This document shows positions 1-9,987 of a DNA stretch of 64,000 nt, in pieces. A program made the position numbers and the translations under genes. Source of the DNA: Candidatus Latescibacterota bacterium. Its GTDB lineage: Bacteria > Latescibacterota > UBA2968 > GCA-2709665. Positions within the stretch are counted from its first letter, which is position 1; the number at the start of each line of letters is the position of its first letter. The notes under the pieces are model-generated. The model was not told the DNA's origin and searched no databases. It was given only the letters and a program-made list of their open reading frames with translations. The DNA is taken from positions 2,304,001 to 2,368,000 of the forward strand of contig OZ242358.1 of the NCBI GenBank assembly GCA_965208835.1, written 5' to 3'.

Positions 1-102
1 TTCTCAACGGCGTATACTGCCGTCATCGTTGTGGATTCGCTGATCGCATGGCTTCTGGCCGGACTCGTCATGGCCAGATTCGTGGAAGGGAAATCCGGGT
101 AG
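1..102 (+). CDS. 3' end of a membrane protein (partial, runs in from window edge)
   Basis: Frame 1 reads FSTAYTAVIVVDSLIAWLLAGLVMARFVEGKSG* (TAG 100-102), a hydrophobic helix. Confidence 0.6.
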   Translation, partial: FSTAYTAVIVVDSLIAWLLAGLVMARFVEGKSG

Positions 103-127
103 GTTGCGTTAACGACCGAGGTTTCGA

Positions 128-1027
128 ATGGCTTCGCAACAGTCCGGAATGTCATCGCAGGCGCACAGGGCCAGCAGAACGGCGAACCTGGCGGCGTGCG
201 TGCGCGCGTATCATTGCCGCTGGCACGCGTCGCCGATCTTCGCGGATACCTACGCATTCGACATGATATCGGGTTTTTGGCGGGCGATTGCCAGGCATCG
301 CCTGTCAAGCTGGATTACCGTTCACACGGTGTTTCGCGCGTTCCGCCCCATACACACGGAAATCGTCCTGCGGTCCCGGTATGCCGAAGACCGCCTGATG
401 GACGCCGTGGGTGCGGGCGTATTACAGTACGTCATTCTAGGAGCGGGACTCGATACGTTTTCCATGCGCCAGGACGAGCGTTCGGACAGGCTGCGGATAT
501 TCGAGCTGGATCATCCCGCAACCCAGGAAATGAAGCGTGAAAGATTGCTGAAGGTCTATGGCGCAATTCCAGCCAATCTGGTCTTCGTTCCCATCGACTT
601 TGAAATCGATCACCTCGACGAGGCGCTTGCAAAGGCCGGATTCGATCCCATGGCGCCGTCGTTCTTTTCCTGGCTGGGGACGACCTATTATCTCTCGAAG
701 GACGCAATACGCGAGACGCTTGATCGCGTTGCCGGCGTATTTGTCCCCGGCAGCCGTATTGTTCTCGACTATAAACTTGAACGGGAACTCGTTCCGGAAG
801 AGAGCCTGCCGTTTGCCGACAAGCTGGACCGCTTCGTGGCGCGGCGCGGGGAGCCGATGCTTTCCACGTTCACGCCGGAGGAGTTGAAAGACGTGATGTC
901 CGGGTTCGGCTTCGTTGAACTGGAAAACCTCCCCGCCGGGGAACAGAAGCGCCGGTACCTGAGCGGGAAATCGGGCCTGGTGGATCCGGCGCCGAACTTC
1001 TCATTTGCATTATATGGCGTGCCTTGA
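128..1027 (+). CDS. Class I SAM-dependent methyltransferase, LCM/TIGR00027-like
   Basis: QYVILGAGLDTF, IFELDHPATQ, PIDFE, WLGTTYYL motifs. Confidence 0.88.
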   Translation: MASQQSGMSSQAHRASRTANLAACVRAYHCRWHASPIFADTYAFDMISGFWRAIARHRLSSWITVHTVFRAFRPIHTEIVLRSRYAEDRLMDAVGAGVLQYVILGAGLDTFSMRQDERSDRLRIFELDHPATQEMKRERLLKVYGAIPANLVFVPIDFEIDHLDEALAKAGFDPMAPSFFSWLGTTYYLSKDAIRETLDRVAGVFVPGSRIVLDYKLERELVPEESLPFADKLDRFVARRGEPMLSTFTPEELKDVMSGFGFVELENLPAGEQKRRYLSGKSGLVDPAPNFSFALYGVP

Positions 1028-1103
1028 TTTGAACGCACAGCGACGTTTACACGATATGCAGTCGCTGTGACGAATCGTCGTCCCGAAACGAAGAGACCGG
1101 ATA

Positions 1104-1562
1104 ATGACAGACGCAGTCAGACGACGCGGCAGAGTTACCTTGCGGCAGGGTCTCGTGTTGATCTTTGTCCTTGGAAGTATCGGGCTGGGCGCCGAACTGG
1201 TGCTGCTGGGTCATTTCCAGGAGTGGCGGCAACAGGTGCCCCTTGTGCTGCTGGTATCAGGCCTGGTCCTGGTAGCGGTGAACCTGGTCTGCAGGCAGCC
1301 GGTCGTCCTCCGGATATTCAGGCTGGCGATGCTGGCATACGTGTTGGGCGGCATCGTGGGATTCTGGTTTCATATCAACGGCAACATGGCGTTTGAATTG
1401 GAAATGAATTCAAAGTTGACCGGTTGGGACCTGGTGTCCAGGACGGCCGGCGGGGCCCTCCCGGTCCTGGCGCCCGGCGCGCTCATCCAGCTCGGTTTGA
1501 TCGGCTTGCTTTACACGTACCGGCATCCCGGTCTGGACGCTGGGCAACGCGAAATGGATTAG
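1104..1562 (+). CDS. Conserved hypothetical 4-TM membrane protein
   Basis: Four hydrophobic segments; PVLAPGAL near C-terminus. Confidence 0.7.
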   Translation: MTDAVRRRGRVTLRQGLVLIFVLGSIGLGAELVLLGHFQEWRQQVPLVLLVSGLVLVAVNLVCRQPVVLRIFRLAMLAYVLGGIVGFWFHINGNMAFELEMNSKLTGWDLVSRTAGGALPVLAPGALIQLGLIGLLYTYRHPGLDAGQREMD

Positions 1563-1741
1563 TTCAATCAGGGAGCATCCGGTTCCCGGCCTTGATCGAC
1601 CCCGGGGTCGCGGCGCAGCCCCGGTCTCCGGATTGGCTGCACAGAGAGAAAGCAAACAAGCGGCGCGTCTGTCCGGAGACGCGCCGCTCTTATTTCGGTA
1701 CCGCGGGCGGTTGTCGAGAATTGGAAGTCTCTGAGAAAAAC

Positions 1742-2209
1742 CTAATATTCGATACGGTCGTCCATATTGTGCCATTCCCGGAAGACCGGCAGCGCCTCGT
1801 CCCGCATGAGCTGAAGGGACGGGATTCGCCGCTCGGTCCTCGGGATTTGTATCTCCTGGTAGAACGATTCGTCGTCGAAACCGATTTTCGCCGCATCTTC
1901 TGCCGTATTGGCGAAGTAGATCTTCTCGATCCTTGCCCAGTAGATGGCCGCCAGACACATCGGACAGGGCTCGCAGCTTGTGTAGATTTCGCATCCGACC
2001 AGATGAAACGCATGCAGTCGCGACCCCGCTTTCCTTATCGCCATCACTTCCGCGTGGGCGGTGGGATCGTTACGCGCGATCACTTCGTTGGATCCCTCCG
2101 CAATAATCCTGCCACCCTTCACGATGACGGCGCCGAAAGGGCCGCCGCGCCGCGTTTGCATCTGGATTCGCGAGAGTTCTATCGCTCTTTCCATGAATTC
2201 CCGTTGCAT
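1742..2209 (-). CDS. Nucleoside/guanine deaminase (cytidine deaminase fold, GuaD-like)
   Basis: GGPFGAVIV, DPTAHAEV, CEPCPMC zinc motifs; GAGGAG RBS before ATG 2209. Confidence 0.88.
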   Translation of the reverse strand: MQREFMERAIELSRIQMQTRRGGPFGAVIVKGGRIIAEGSNEVIARNDPTAHAEVMAIRKAGSRLHAFHLVGCEIYTSCEPCPMCLAAIYWARIEKIYFANTAEDAAKIGFDDESFYQEIQIPRTERRIPSLQLMRDEALPVFREWHNMDDRIEY

Positions 2210-2660
2210 CTCAATCCGCTCCTCACTGGCGTCAGATGTTCTCAATCCGAACGGCCACCTTGTGTTAGGTATCGTCATGAAGATCCACGTCGTTCAGCTT
2301 CTCGACCCCGTATTCAGGAGATAGTCGGTCTATTCTATCCTTTCCGAGGTGGCGGGAGCGAGTTCGTGACGAAAACGGATAGTTCCAAGGTTCTCCTTTA
2401 GTGAATGGTAAATTATCCTTCATAGCAATGCTTTTCTCGTTGTGTACCACGAAGATCAGCAAAGCCGCGGGTCTACGATTGTTGCGGTAAATCGGCTTGA
2501 CGGTGGTACAACGAAGGCGTAAGTTCCTCCCGTCTGGTAGTACACCGAGAAGCGCGCCGTTCGGTCAGAAATAATAAAGAGTGTAGAGCTAAATTGTCAT
2601 TGAATTTGACTGTCAGGATTCGGTCGTCCGGTGGTGATGGCACCTACGACCTGCGCCGCT

Positions 2661-2740
2661 CCCTGAGCTTGTCGAAGGGTCGGCGACGGTCGTTGAAGAG
2701 TACCATCAAGTAGTGAATGCGGGCATTTCGACAAGCTCAA
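2661..2740. repeat. REP-like inverted pair TGAGCTTGTCGAA / TTCGACAAGCTCA
   Basis: 13-bp perfect inverted repeat (2664-2676 and 2727-2739); related motif at 16069-16112. Confidence 0.7.
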
Positions 2741-2806
2741 TGACCGCGTTTCGATGCTCCGCAGTCACTAGAGATTTACTCGATATCGACTTGGAGGAGA
2801 ATAACA

Positions 2807-3763
2807 ATGACGGATTCGTCAGGACTTGGACACATTGAAAAGGCTGAACTCCGCGTGGCTTGGCCCAATGAGAGCAAAGATTTCACACCTTGGCTTGCGG
2901 GCAATATTTCCGAGCTTGGCCAAGTTTTGGGGTTGGAGCTGGAACTGCAGTCTCGGGAAGCTCGGGTCGGCGCTTTTTCACTAGATTTACTGGCTCTCGA
3001 ATCGGGTACAAACCGCACTGTCATAATCGAAAATCAACTGCAGCCAACAGACCATGATCATTTGGGAAAACTCCTCACGTACGCGGGCGGGTATGATGCA
3101 CAAGTAATTATCTGGGTAGCTAAGGAATTCCGGGACGAACACAGGCAAGCCATCGACTGGTTGAATCAGCGTACCGACAAGGAAACGGAATTCTATGGCG
3201 TCGTTGTTGAGGTATGGACTATTGACGGTTCTCGGCCCGCACCATACTTCAACTTGGTTGCGACCCCGAACGAGTGGCAACGCGAAGCCACTGAAACTAT
3301 ACGTTTGGGCAATACTTCCGAAAGGAACCTGCGGTATAAGGCATTTTTCCAGAACCTTATTGACAAACTTAGAGAACAGAGGTTTACAAACGTCTTCAAG
3401 GCGCAGCCGCAAAGTTGGTACAGTTTTTCAGCGGGATATGGCGAACGAGCTCAATATGCCGCCTGTTTCGGTCAAGGAGGAACGGTCAGGGTTGAGGTCT
3501 ATATTAACTCGAACGATAAGGATTGGAACAAGACCTTGTACGATCAACTTTTCGATAGAAAAATGCACATCGAATCCGAACTTGGTGATTCTCTCGTCTG
3601 GGAACGCCTTGACCATAGGCAAGCCAGCCGCGTAAGTCTAGTACGGCGCGGTAGCATTGACGACGATGAGAAGGCGCTTGTGGAGATTAATGACTGGCTG
3701 ATTTCGAAGCTCTTGGAGTTTAAACAAGGGTTTGGGCCGCATCTGGACGAGTTTGCGAGATAA
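2807..3763 (+). CDS. DUF4268 protein with N-terminal PD-(D/E)xK-like nuclease domain
   Basis: WPNESKDFTPWL, LDLLA...IIENQL, DHDHLGKLLTY; GGAGGA RBS; visibly lower GC than flanks. Confidence 0.8.
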   Translation: MTDSSGLGHIEKAELRVAWPNESKDFTPWLAGNISELGQVLGLELELQSREARVGAFSLDLLALESGTNRTVIIENQLQPTDHDHLGKLLTYAGGYDAQVIIWVAKEFRDEHRQAIDWLNQRTDKETEFYGVVVEVWTIDGSRPAPYFNLVATPNEWQREATETIRLGNTSERNLRYKAFFQNLIDKLREQRFTNVFKAQPQSWYSFSAGYGERAQYAACFGQGGTVRVEVYINSNDKDWNKTLYDQLFDRKMHIESELGDSLVWERLDHRQASRVSLVRRGSIDDDEKALVEINDWLISKLLEFKQGFGPHLDEFAR

Positions 3764-3860
3764 CACCCGTCGGAAGTAAGCAGCCCGGCGTGCCGGTGTC
3801 GCTTTGGTATTTGGAACGACGAATGAGGCGTATTTAGTAAGGCAGGTGGAACACCACAGA

Positions 3861-5186
3861 ATGTCATACGCAACCGATACCCCGCTGCCCCGTGTGCGGA
3901 ACATCGAAGTGATCCCGATCGACCAGGGTGGCGAACGTATGTTCTACGTGCGGGATCCGCTGGAGATCGCCCCGCAGCCGCTGGTGCTCGGACCGGCGGG
4001 AATGCTCGTTCTTTCGCACCTGGATGGCCAACGTTCCATCGGTCAGATTCTCGACTCCCTGCGAAGTGGCGTTCCCGGCAGTGACGTCCGAGCTGACGAT
4101 ATCCGTCACGTGCTGGGCAAGCTGAGCGAGAGCTGCTACCTGGACGACCATGTGGCTGCGGCGAGAATCTCCCGGATACGCGAGGAATTCGAACGCGCCG
4201 AAGTGCGACCGGCATGGCACGCGGGAACCGCCTACCCGGACGACCCTGTGGAACTCGCCGGGATGCTCGACGGGTTCTTTGAAGAAGCCGCCTCGTCGGT
4301 GGACGCGCAAGGTGGAGACAGAAACCGGGCGCATAGGGCGCGGCTCGCCGCTGTCATGTGCCCGCACATCGATCTGAGGGCCGGCGGGGAAACATATCCG
4401 CCGGCGTTTACCGCACTGGCCGACGCGGCAGGCGCCGCTCAGCCGGTTGAACTCTATGTCATTCTGGGTGTGGCCCACAGCGGCGGCACGGAACCGGGAA
4501 AGAGCTTCGCCATCGCGACCGGCAAACACTACGAAACGCCCTTCGGGCGTGCGCCGGCCGACACAAACGTAATCGGAGACTGGTCCAGCCTCGCCGGTCG
4601 CGACATCACGGAACAACAATGGCTGCACCGCACGGAGCACTCCGTGGAGTTCGCGCTGCTGTTTCTGCAGTACATCCATGCCCGGGCGGAACTCCCGCCG
4701 TTTCAGGTGGTGCCGGTCCTGCTCGGAAGCGTGGATCACCACCTGCATGAAGGACGGAATCCCCTGCATTCCCCCGAGGTGGCCAACGAACTCGAAGCGC
4801 TGCGGGCGGCGGTTTCTGCAAGCGGGAAGCGCGTCCTGTACGTTCTCAGCGTGGACCTCGCGCATATCGGCCCCAAATTCGGCGACCAGGCAAGGGTCGA
4901 TGATGCGGCGGCGGCCGCCTGCGAGTCGACCGACCGCGACCTGCTGGGGTACATCCAACGATTCGATGCGGCGGGTTTCTTCCGTACGTTGAAGGCAGAC
5001 GGAAACGCGCGGAACGTGGACGCCGTCTCCGGTCTGTTCTCGCTCCAAACGCTTCTGGCCGGCGCCGAATGCCGCGGCGACCTGCTCAGCTACGGGCAGA
5101 ACCGCCAGGACGATACCGGTTCGCTGGTCAGCTACGCCAGCATGGCCTTCTACCGGATGCCGCCCGCATCCACGCCGGGCGTCTGA
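3861..5186 (+). CDS. amrB: AmmeMemoRadiSam system protein B (MEMO1 family) with N-terminal extension
   Basis: RPAWHAGTAYP, PHID, GVAH, EHSVE, SVDLAHIG, VSYAS motifs. Confidence 0.85.
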   Translation: MSYATDTPLPRVRNIEVIPIDQGGERMFYVRDPLEIAPQPLVLGPAGMLVLSHLDGQRSIGQILDSLRSGVPGSDVRADDIRHVLGKLSESCYLDDHVAAARISRIREEFERAEVRPAWHAGTAYPDDPVELAGMLDGFFEEAASSVDAQGGDRNRAHRARLAAVMCPHIDLRAGGETYPPAFTALADAAGAAQPVELYVILGVAHSGGTEPGKSFAIATGKHYETPFGRAPADTNVIGDWSSLAGRDITEQQWLHRTEHSVEFALLFLQYIHARAELPPFQVVPVLLGSVDHHLHEGRNPLHSPEVANELEALRAAVSASGKRVLYVLSVDLAHIGPKFGDQARVDDAAAAACESTDRDLLGYIQRFDAAGFFRTLKADGNARNVDAVSGLFSLQTLLAGAECRGDLLSYGQNRQDDTGSLVSYASMAFYRMPPASTPGV

Positions 5187-5360
5187 ACCAGGGGCGCCTC
5201 GCGCATTCTTCGAGCGGCTCGGACTAGCGCAAGCAACTCGCGCTGCGTGCAGAATACTCACCTGTTTCGTTCTGTCCCTCTTTCCTTGTTTCTCGCATCG
5301 TTGCCTGTCGCACGTTATATTTAGCGCACACCGTGACTTCCAATGTTTCAGGAGGCCGAT

Positions 5361-6206
5361 ATGCCCAGGAGATGGTTGCGCGTTGCCGCGGTACAGATGC
5401 ACGCCAATGACGACATCGAAAAGAATGCGCGCGAGATCGTCGACCGGCTGAATGCCTGCGCCGGCAAACGCGTAGACGTGGCCGCGATTCACGAAGGCGT
5501 CCTGTTCGGCTATTGCGACCGACCGGATTTCTGGGCGGATCTGGATCAGTCCCGCATCGAAAGAGCCGAACGGCAGATCGTCCGCGCCTGTCGCGACATA
5601 GGCATCGCGGCCGTCGTCGGATCGACCCATCTGGAAGGCGGCCGCCGCTTTAACAGCTTGCTGGTTGTGGACAGAGACGGCACGGTGCGCGGGCGTTACG
5701 GCAAAATCCATCTTGCGGGCGAACGCTGGTTCGAGCCGTCCCAGCACCTGCCCGTTTACAGCCTGTGCGGCGTACCGTGTTGTTTCCTGATCTGTCACGA
5801 TATCCGCTATCCCGAACTCGTGCGGCTGCCAGCGGCTGCCGGCGCGCAGATCTGCTTTTTCTGCAGTTGCGAGAGTTCCGTCACGTTCGAGCACAAACTG
5901 TCGGCCTACCGGGCGATGCCCATCAGCCGCGCGACCGAGAATGCAATCTACGTGGTTATGTCCAACGCGCCCGCCGACCCAGCCGATATCGACCGCGCGG
6001 GGTCGTCTCACGGCGAGTCGAAGATCATCCATCCGGACGGAAACGTGATGGTTGAAGCCGGGATGTTTTCGGACGAGATCATCATCCGGAGGCTCGATCT
6101 CCACGAGGCGTCGCGAAATGTCGCGATGCGCGCCGTAAACGACGTCACCTGCCTCAGCGGATGGATGAAGGACGGTGTGAGGCTCGTGGACGGGGGAATC
6201 GCGTGA
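5361..6206 (+). CDS. Carbon-nitrogen hydrolase (nitrilase superfamily)
   Basis: E-K-C triad: IHEG, YGKIHL, LICHDIRYPE; GGAGG RBS. Confidence 0.88.
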   Translation: MPRRWLRVAAVQMHANDDIEKNAREIVDRLNACAGKRVDVAAIHEGVLFGYCDRPDFWADLDQSRIERAERQIVRACRDIGIAAVVGSTHLEGGRRFNSLLVVDRDGTVRGRYGKIHLAGERWFEPSQHLPVYSLCGVPCCFLICHDIRYPELVRLPAAAGAQICFFCSCESSVTFEHKLSAYRAMPISRATENAIYVVMSNAPADPADIDRAGSSHGESKIIHPDGNVMVEAGMFSDEIIIRRLDLHEASRNVAMRAVNDVTCLSGWMKDGVRLVDGGIA

Positions 6207-6237
6207 CGAATCGTTTCAATTCGTTCGAGGAGGATGT

Positions 6238-7695
6238 ATGAGGGGGTCCAGGCCGAATATTCTCTGGATCTGTACGGACCAGCAGCGGTACGACACGATC
6301 GGCGCGTTGGGGAACCCGCACGTCGACACGCCCAATATAGACCGTCTGGTCGCGGAAGGATTCGCGTTTACGCACGCGTATTGCCAGAGTCCGATCTGCA
6401 CGCCGAGCCGCGCGAGTTTCCTGACGGGACAATATGCGAGCGCCGTCCACGTGAACGGAAACGGCAATTCGCATTTTCCGGACGCGCCGCCGCTGGTTAC
6501 GAAATTGCTCGCCGACAGCGGATACGATTGCGGCCTGATCGGCAAGTTGCATCTGTCCAGTGCGTTCGGTCGCGTGGAAGAGCGGGTCAACGACGGTTAC
6601 CGGTACTGGCAATACAGCCACGCGCCAAGGGACGACTGGGAAACCGGACACGACTACGCCGACTGGGTGCGGTCGAAGGGGGAGGTGCTGGGCGAACTGA
6701 CGAAGAGCCTGGACGGAGTGCCCGCCGAGCTGCACCAGACCACGTGGTGCGCGGAGAAGACCATCGACTTCTTGAGCGAAGCGCGTGAGGGCCCGTGGCT
6801 GGCTTCCGTGAATATCTACGATCCGCATCCGCCGTTCAATCCGCCCGGGACGTACCGCGACCTGTTCGATCCGGAACAGGTAGGCGAACCGTTGTTTCGG
6901 GAAAGCGATCTGGCACAACAGAAGGCGCTCGAGTCCATCGACTTCCAGTCCAAAGGCCGGCATCCGCGCGACCTGGACATCAGGAGCCCGGTGATCCCCT
7001 GGACGCAGACCCGCGGACTGGTGGAGCCGGAAACCGGCGGCAAACGGGATGCGAAAACGCTGATCGCCGCGTATTATGCCATGATCAAGCTGATCGACGA
7101 TCAGGTCGGCCGGATCATGGCCGCCCTGGAAGCAACGGGACAGCGTGAGAATACACTCGTGATCTTCAACAGCGATCACGGCGAGATGCTGGGAGACCAC
7201 GGGCTGATTCAGAAGGGCTGCCGCTTCTACGAAGGGCTTGTGAGGGTGCCGCTGATCTTCTCGTGGCCCGGACACGTGTCGTCCGGCCGGAGAAGCGACG
7301 CGTTGGTGGAACTGCGCGATATCGCCCCGCTGCTGTTGGAACTGGCGGGGCGGCCCGTTCCCGAGCGGATGCAGGCGCGTTCGCTGGCGCCGATGCTCAG
7401 CGGCGAGAAACCGGCCGACGAACATCGCGAATTCGTACGCTGCGAGTTCTACGATGCGCTGGATCAGGCCGACGGGACGTTCGCGACGATGTACCGCGAT
7501 CGCCGTTATAAGCTCGTCGTCTACCACGGGCACGGCCTTGGCGAACTCTACGACCTCGATGAGGATCCGGGGGAGTTTGACAATCTCTGGAACAGCCCCG
7601 ATCACGCAGATGTGAAACTCGACCTCATGCAGCGCAGTTTTGACGCGTCCATGCTCGCCATGGACCGGGGCCCCGAACGCATCGGACCGATGTGA
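6238..7695 (+). CDS. Sulfatase (formylglycine-dependent)
   Basis: RPNILWICTDQQR, CTPSR, GKLH, DPHPP, SDHGE, ELYDL. Confidence 0.92.
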   Translation: MRGSRPNILWICTDQQRYDTIGALGNPHVDTPNIDRLVAEGFAFTHAYCQSPICTPSRASFLTGQYASAVHVNGNGNSHFPDAPPLVTKLLADSGYDCGLIGKLHLSSAFGRVEERVNDGYRYWQYSHAPRDDWETGHDYADWVRSKGEVLGELTKSLDGVPAELHQTTWCAEKTIDFLSEAREGPWLASVNIYDPHPPFNPPGTYRDLFDPEQVGEPLFRESDLAQQKALESIDFQSKGRHPRDLDIRSPVIPWTQTRGLVEPETGGKRDAKTLIAAYYAMIKLIDDQVGRIMAALEATGQRENTLVIFNSDHGEMLGDHGLIQKGCRFYEGLVRVPLIFSWPGHVSSGRRSDALVELRDIAPLLLELAGRPVPERMQARSLAPMLSGEKPADEHREFVRCEFYDALDQADGTFATMYRDRRYKLVVYHGHGLGELYDLDEDPGEFDNLWNSPDHADVKLDLMQRSFDASMLAMDRGPERIGPM

Positions 7696-7886
7696 GAGAG
7701 GAGTACGGTAGACCGGTTACTCTTCCATCCGACACCCTGAACGACATCGACCGGGACCGTTATCGTGGATTGACGTGCTCGATTCTCAACGATTGCGAGA
7801 CCCGTCTGGTACGTTAATTGCAATAACCTGAACCATCCTCCACTTTCATAGTGGGCCGGCGGAATTTCTGCAAAGGATGGTTCAAT

Positions 7887-9986
7887 ATGACTGAGAAATC
7901 AGACGCACTCGATCTCCTCAGGTTGGCTACGGATGACGCGGACGTTAATTTTCGGCGCGGGCAATGGGAAGCGATCGACTCCCTGGTGAACAGGAGGGCT
8001 CGATTGCTTGTTATCGAGCGCACCGGATGGGGCAAGAGTTCGGTCTACTTCATCGCGACACGAATTCTCCGTAACAGAGGGCGCGGGCCGACCCTCATCG
8101 TCTCGCCTCTCCTCGCCCTGATGCGAAATCAGATCAACGCCGCCCGCCGATTGGGTATCCGTGCGCTCACGATCAATTCAGCAAACAGAGAGGAGTGGCC
8201 GGACGTTCGGCGAGCCGTACGGGAGAACGAGGCGGACGTGCTCCTGATTTCGCCCGAGAGGCTGGCAAACGACGAATTCGTTGAAAGCGTCCTGCTGCCT
8301 GTCGCCTCACGAATCGGGCTGCTGGTAGTAGATGAGGCGCATTGCATTTCTGACTGGGGACACGACTTCCGTCCGGACTACCGGCGGCTGGTCAGTGTAT
8401 TGCAGCGAATGCCCGGCAGTGTGCCGATACTTGGCACGACGGCAACGGCGAATGACCGCGTGGTAGAGGATATCCGGGCACAGCTTGGCGATTTCGCGAT
8501 ACAACGCGGGAACCTGGTGCGTCGAACACTTGCTCTGCAGAAAATGCGATTGCCCTCGCAGGTGGAGAGGCTCGCATGGCTGGCGGAACACATTGATTCT
8601 TTGCCTGGTACGGGAATCATCTATACACTTACCAGGCGCGATGCGAACCTGGTTGAAAAGTGGCTCCGGAAACACGGTATTACAGCGAGAGCGTACTATA
8701 GCGGCGTGAAGCGTGATGACTTCGAGGACTCGAACGCTTATCGTCTGCATCTCGAACGAAAGCTGCTTCGTAATGAAATAAAGGCATTGGTGGCAACGAC
8801 GGCACTCGGCATGGGGTACGACAAGCCGGATATCGGTTTCGTCGTCCACTACCAGGCGCCCGGTTCGATTGTCGCCTATTACCAGCAGGTGGGTCGCGCG
8901 GGCCGAGCCATCTCGCACGCCATCGGATTATTGATGTCAGGAGACGAGGATGCCGACATTCATGAGTATTTCCGGCGAAGCGCTTTTCCTGTGGAAGCGT
9001 GGGTAAAGGCTATACTCGGCGTCCTGGAAGAGAGTGATGGCTTACGTGTCAGTCATATCGAAAGAGCGGTAAATCTGACGCGCGGTCAGATTGAGCAAGT
9101 GCTCAAATTCCTGTCTGTGGACAGTCCTGCGCCGGTCATTAAATCCGGGTACAAATGGGCCCGCACGGCTGTGCGGTATCAGATGGATCGCGAACGAATC
9201 CGGCGATTGACGGAAAAACGTCAAATCGAGTGGCGGGAGGTCCAGGAATATCTCGAAACAGACCGGTGCCTGATGGAGTTCCTCACAAGGGCTCTTGACG
9301 ACGTTGCCCCTCGGCCGTGCGGCAAGTGTGCTTCGTGCCGTCGGCGACCGCTTGTCGATCCCTCCTGCACGCGTAAGACCGCGATCGTGGCAGCACGATT
9401 CCTTCGTCAATCCGAGCTTGTGCTGGAATGCAACAGGCAGGTCGCGAGAGGTGCATTTCACGAATATGGCTTTCGCGGAAATCTGCCCGGTGACCTGCGT
9501 GCGGAGACGGGAAGGGTCCTCTCTCGATGGGGCGACGCGGGCTGGGGGCAACTGGTCGCCGATGACAAACACCGCGGCTATTTTCGTGAGGAGCTGGTGA
9601 ACGCGGTTGTGGAGATGTTGTTTAAACGGTGGAAACCGTCTCCGACACCCAAATGGGTCACGTGCGTCCCCTCCAGGAATCGACCGGACCTCGTCCCTGA
9701 CTACGCGGAACGGTTGGCGGCGGCATTGGGACTGACGTTCGATCCGATCGTAACAAAAGTAAAGAACAACGATCCGCAAAAGTTGCAGCAGAACAGATTT
9801 CATCAGTGCAGGAATCTGGATGGCGCATTTGCGGTCGACCGCGCCGTCCCCAGCGGACCGGTCCTTCTGATTGACGACGTTGTCGACTCCGGCTGGACAT
9901 TGACCGTAATCGCTGCGCTGCTTCGACGAGCTGGAGGCGGCCCCGTCTGGCCGCTGGCTCTCGCGACCTCGAGAATGGCGGCTTGA
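7887..9986 (+). CDS. RecQ-family helicase with C-terminal PRTase/ComF-like domain (RqlH-like)
   Basis: RTGWGKS, DEAHCISDWGHDFRP, TTATA, YYQQVGRAGR, CGKCASC; C-terminal LLIDDVVDSGWT PRPP loop. Confidence 0.88.
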   Translation: MTEKSDALDLLRLATDDADVNFRRGQWEAIDSLVNRRARLLVIERTGWGKSSVYFIATRILRNRGRGPTLIVSPLLALMRNQINAARRLGIRALTINSANREEWPDVRRAVRENEADVLLISPERLANDEFVESVLLPVASRIGLLVVDEAHCISDWGHDFRPDYRRLVSVLQRMPGSVPILGTTATANDRVVEDIRAQLGDFAIQRGNLVRRTLALQKMRLPSQVERLAWLAEHIDSLPGTGIIYTLTRRDANLVEKWLRKHGITARAYYSGVKRDDFEDSNAYRLHLERKLLRNEIKALVATTALGMGYDKPDIGFVVHYQAPGSIVAYYQQVGRAGRAISHAIGLLMSGDEDADIHEYFRRSAFPVEAWVKAILGVLEESDGLRVSHIERAVNLTRGQIEQVLKFLSVDSPAPVIKSGYKWARTAVRYQMDRERIRRLTEKRQIEWREVQEYLETDRCLMEFLTRALDDVAPRPCGKCASCRRRPLVDPSCTRKTAIVAARFLRQSELVLECNRQVARGAFHEYGFRGNLPGDLRAETGRVLSRWGDAGWGQLVADDKHRGYFREELVNAVVEMLFKRWKPSPTPKWVTCVPSRNRPDLVPDYAERLAAALGLTFDPIVTKVKNNDPQKLQQNRFHQCRNLDGAFAVDRAVPSGPVLLIDDVVDSGWTLTVIAALLRRAGGGPVWPLALATSRMAA

Positions 9987-9987
9987 T

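Noticed and set aside
1424-2401. 325-aa plus-strand ORF
   Set aside because: Antisense to the deaminase, which has clear zinc motifs and an RBS
2265-2462. 65-aa minus-strand ORF upstream of the deaminase
   Set aside because: No recognisable family; may be decayed sequence but cannot be supported
3864-6104. 746-aa minus-strand ORF (and similar long ORFs at 6154-7605, 9042-10004, 11163-12278, 13871-14983)
   Set aside because: Antisense shadows of well-supported genes in high-GC DNA; no recognisable motifs
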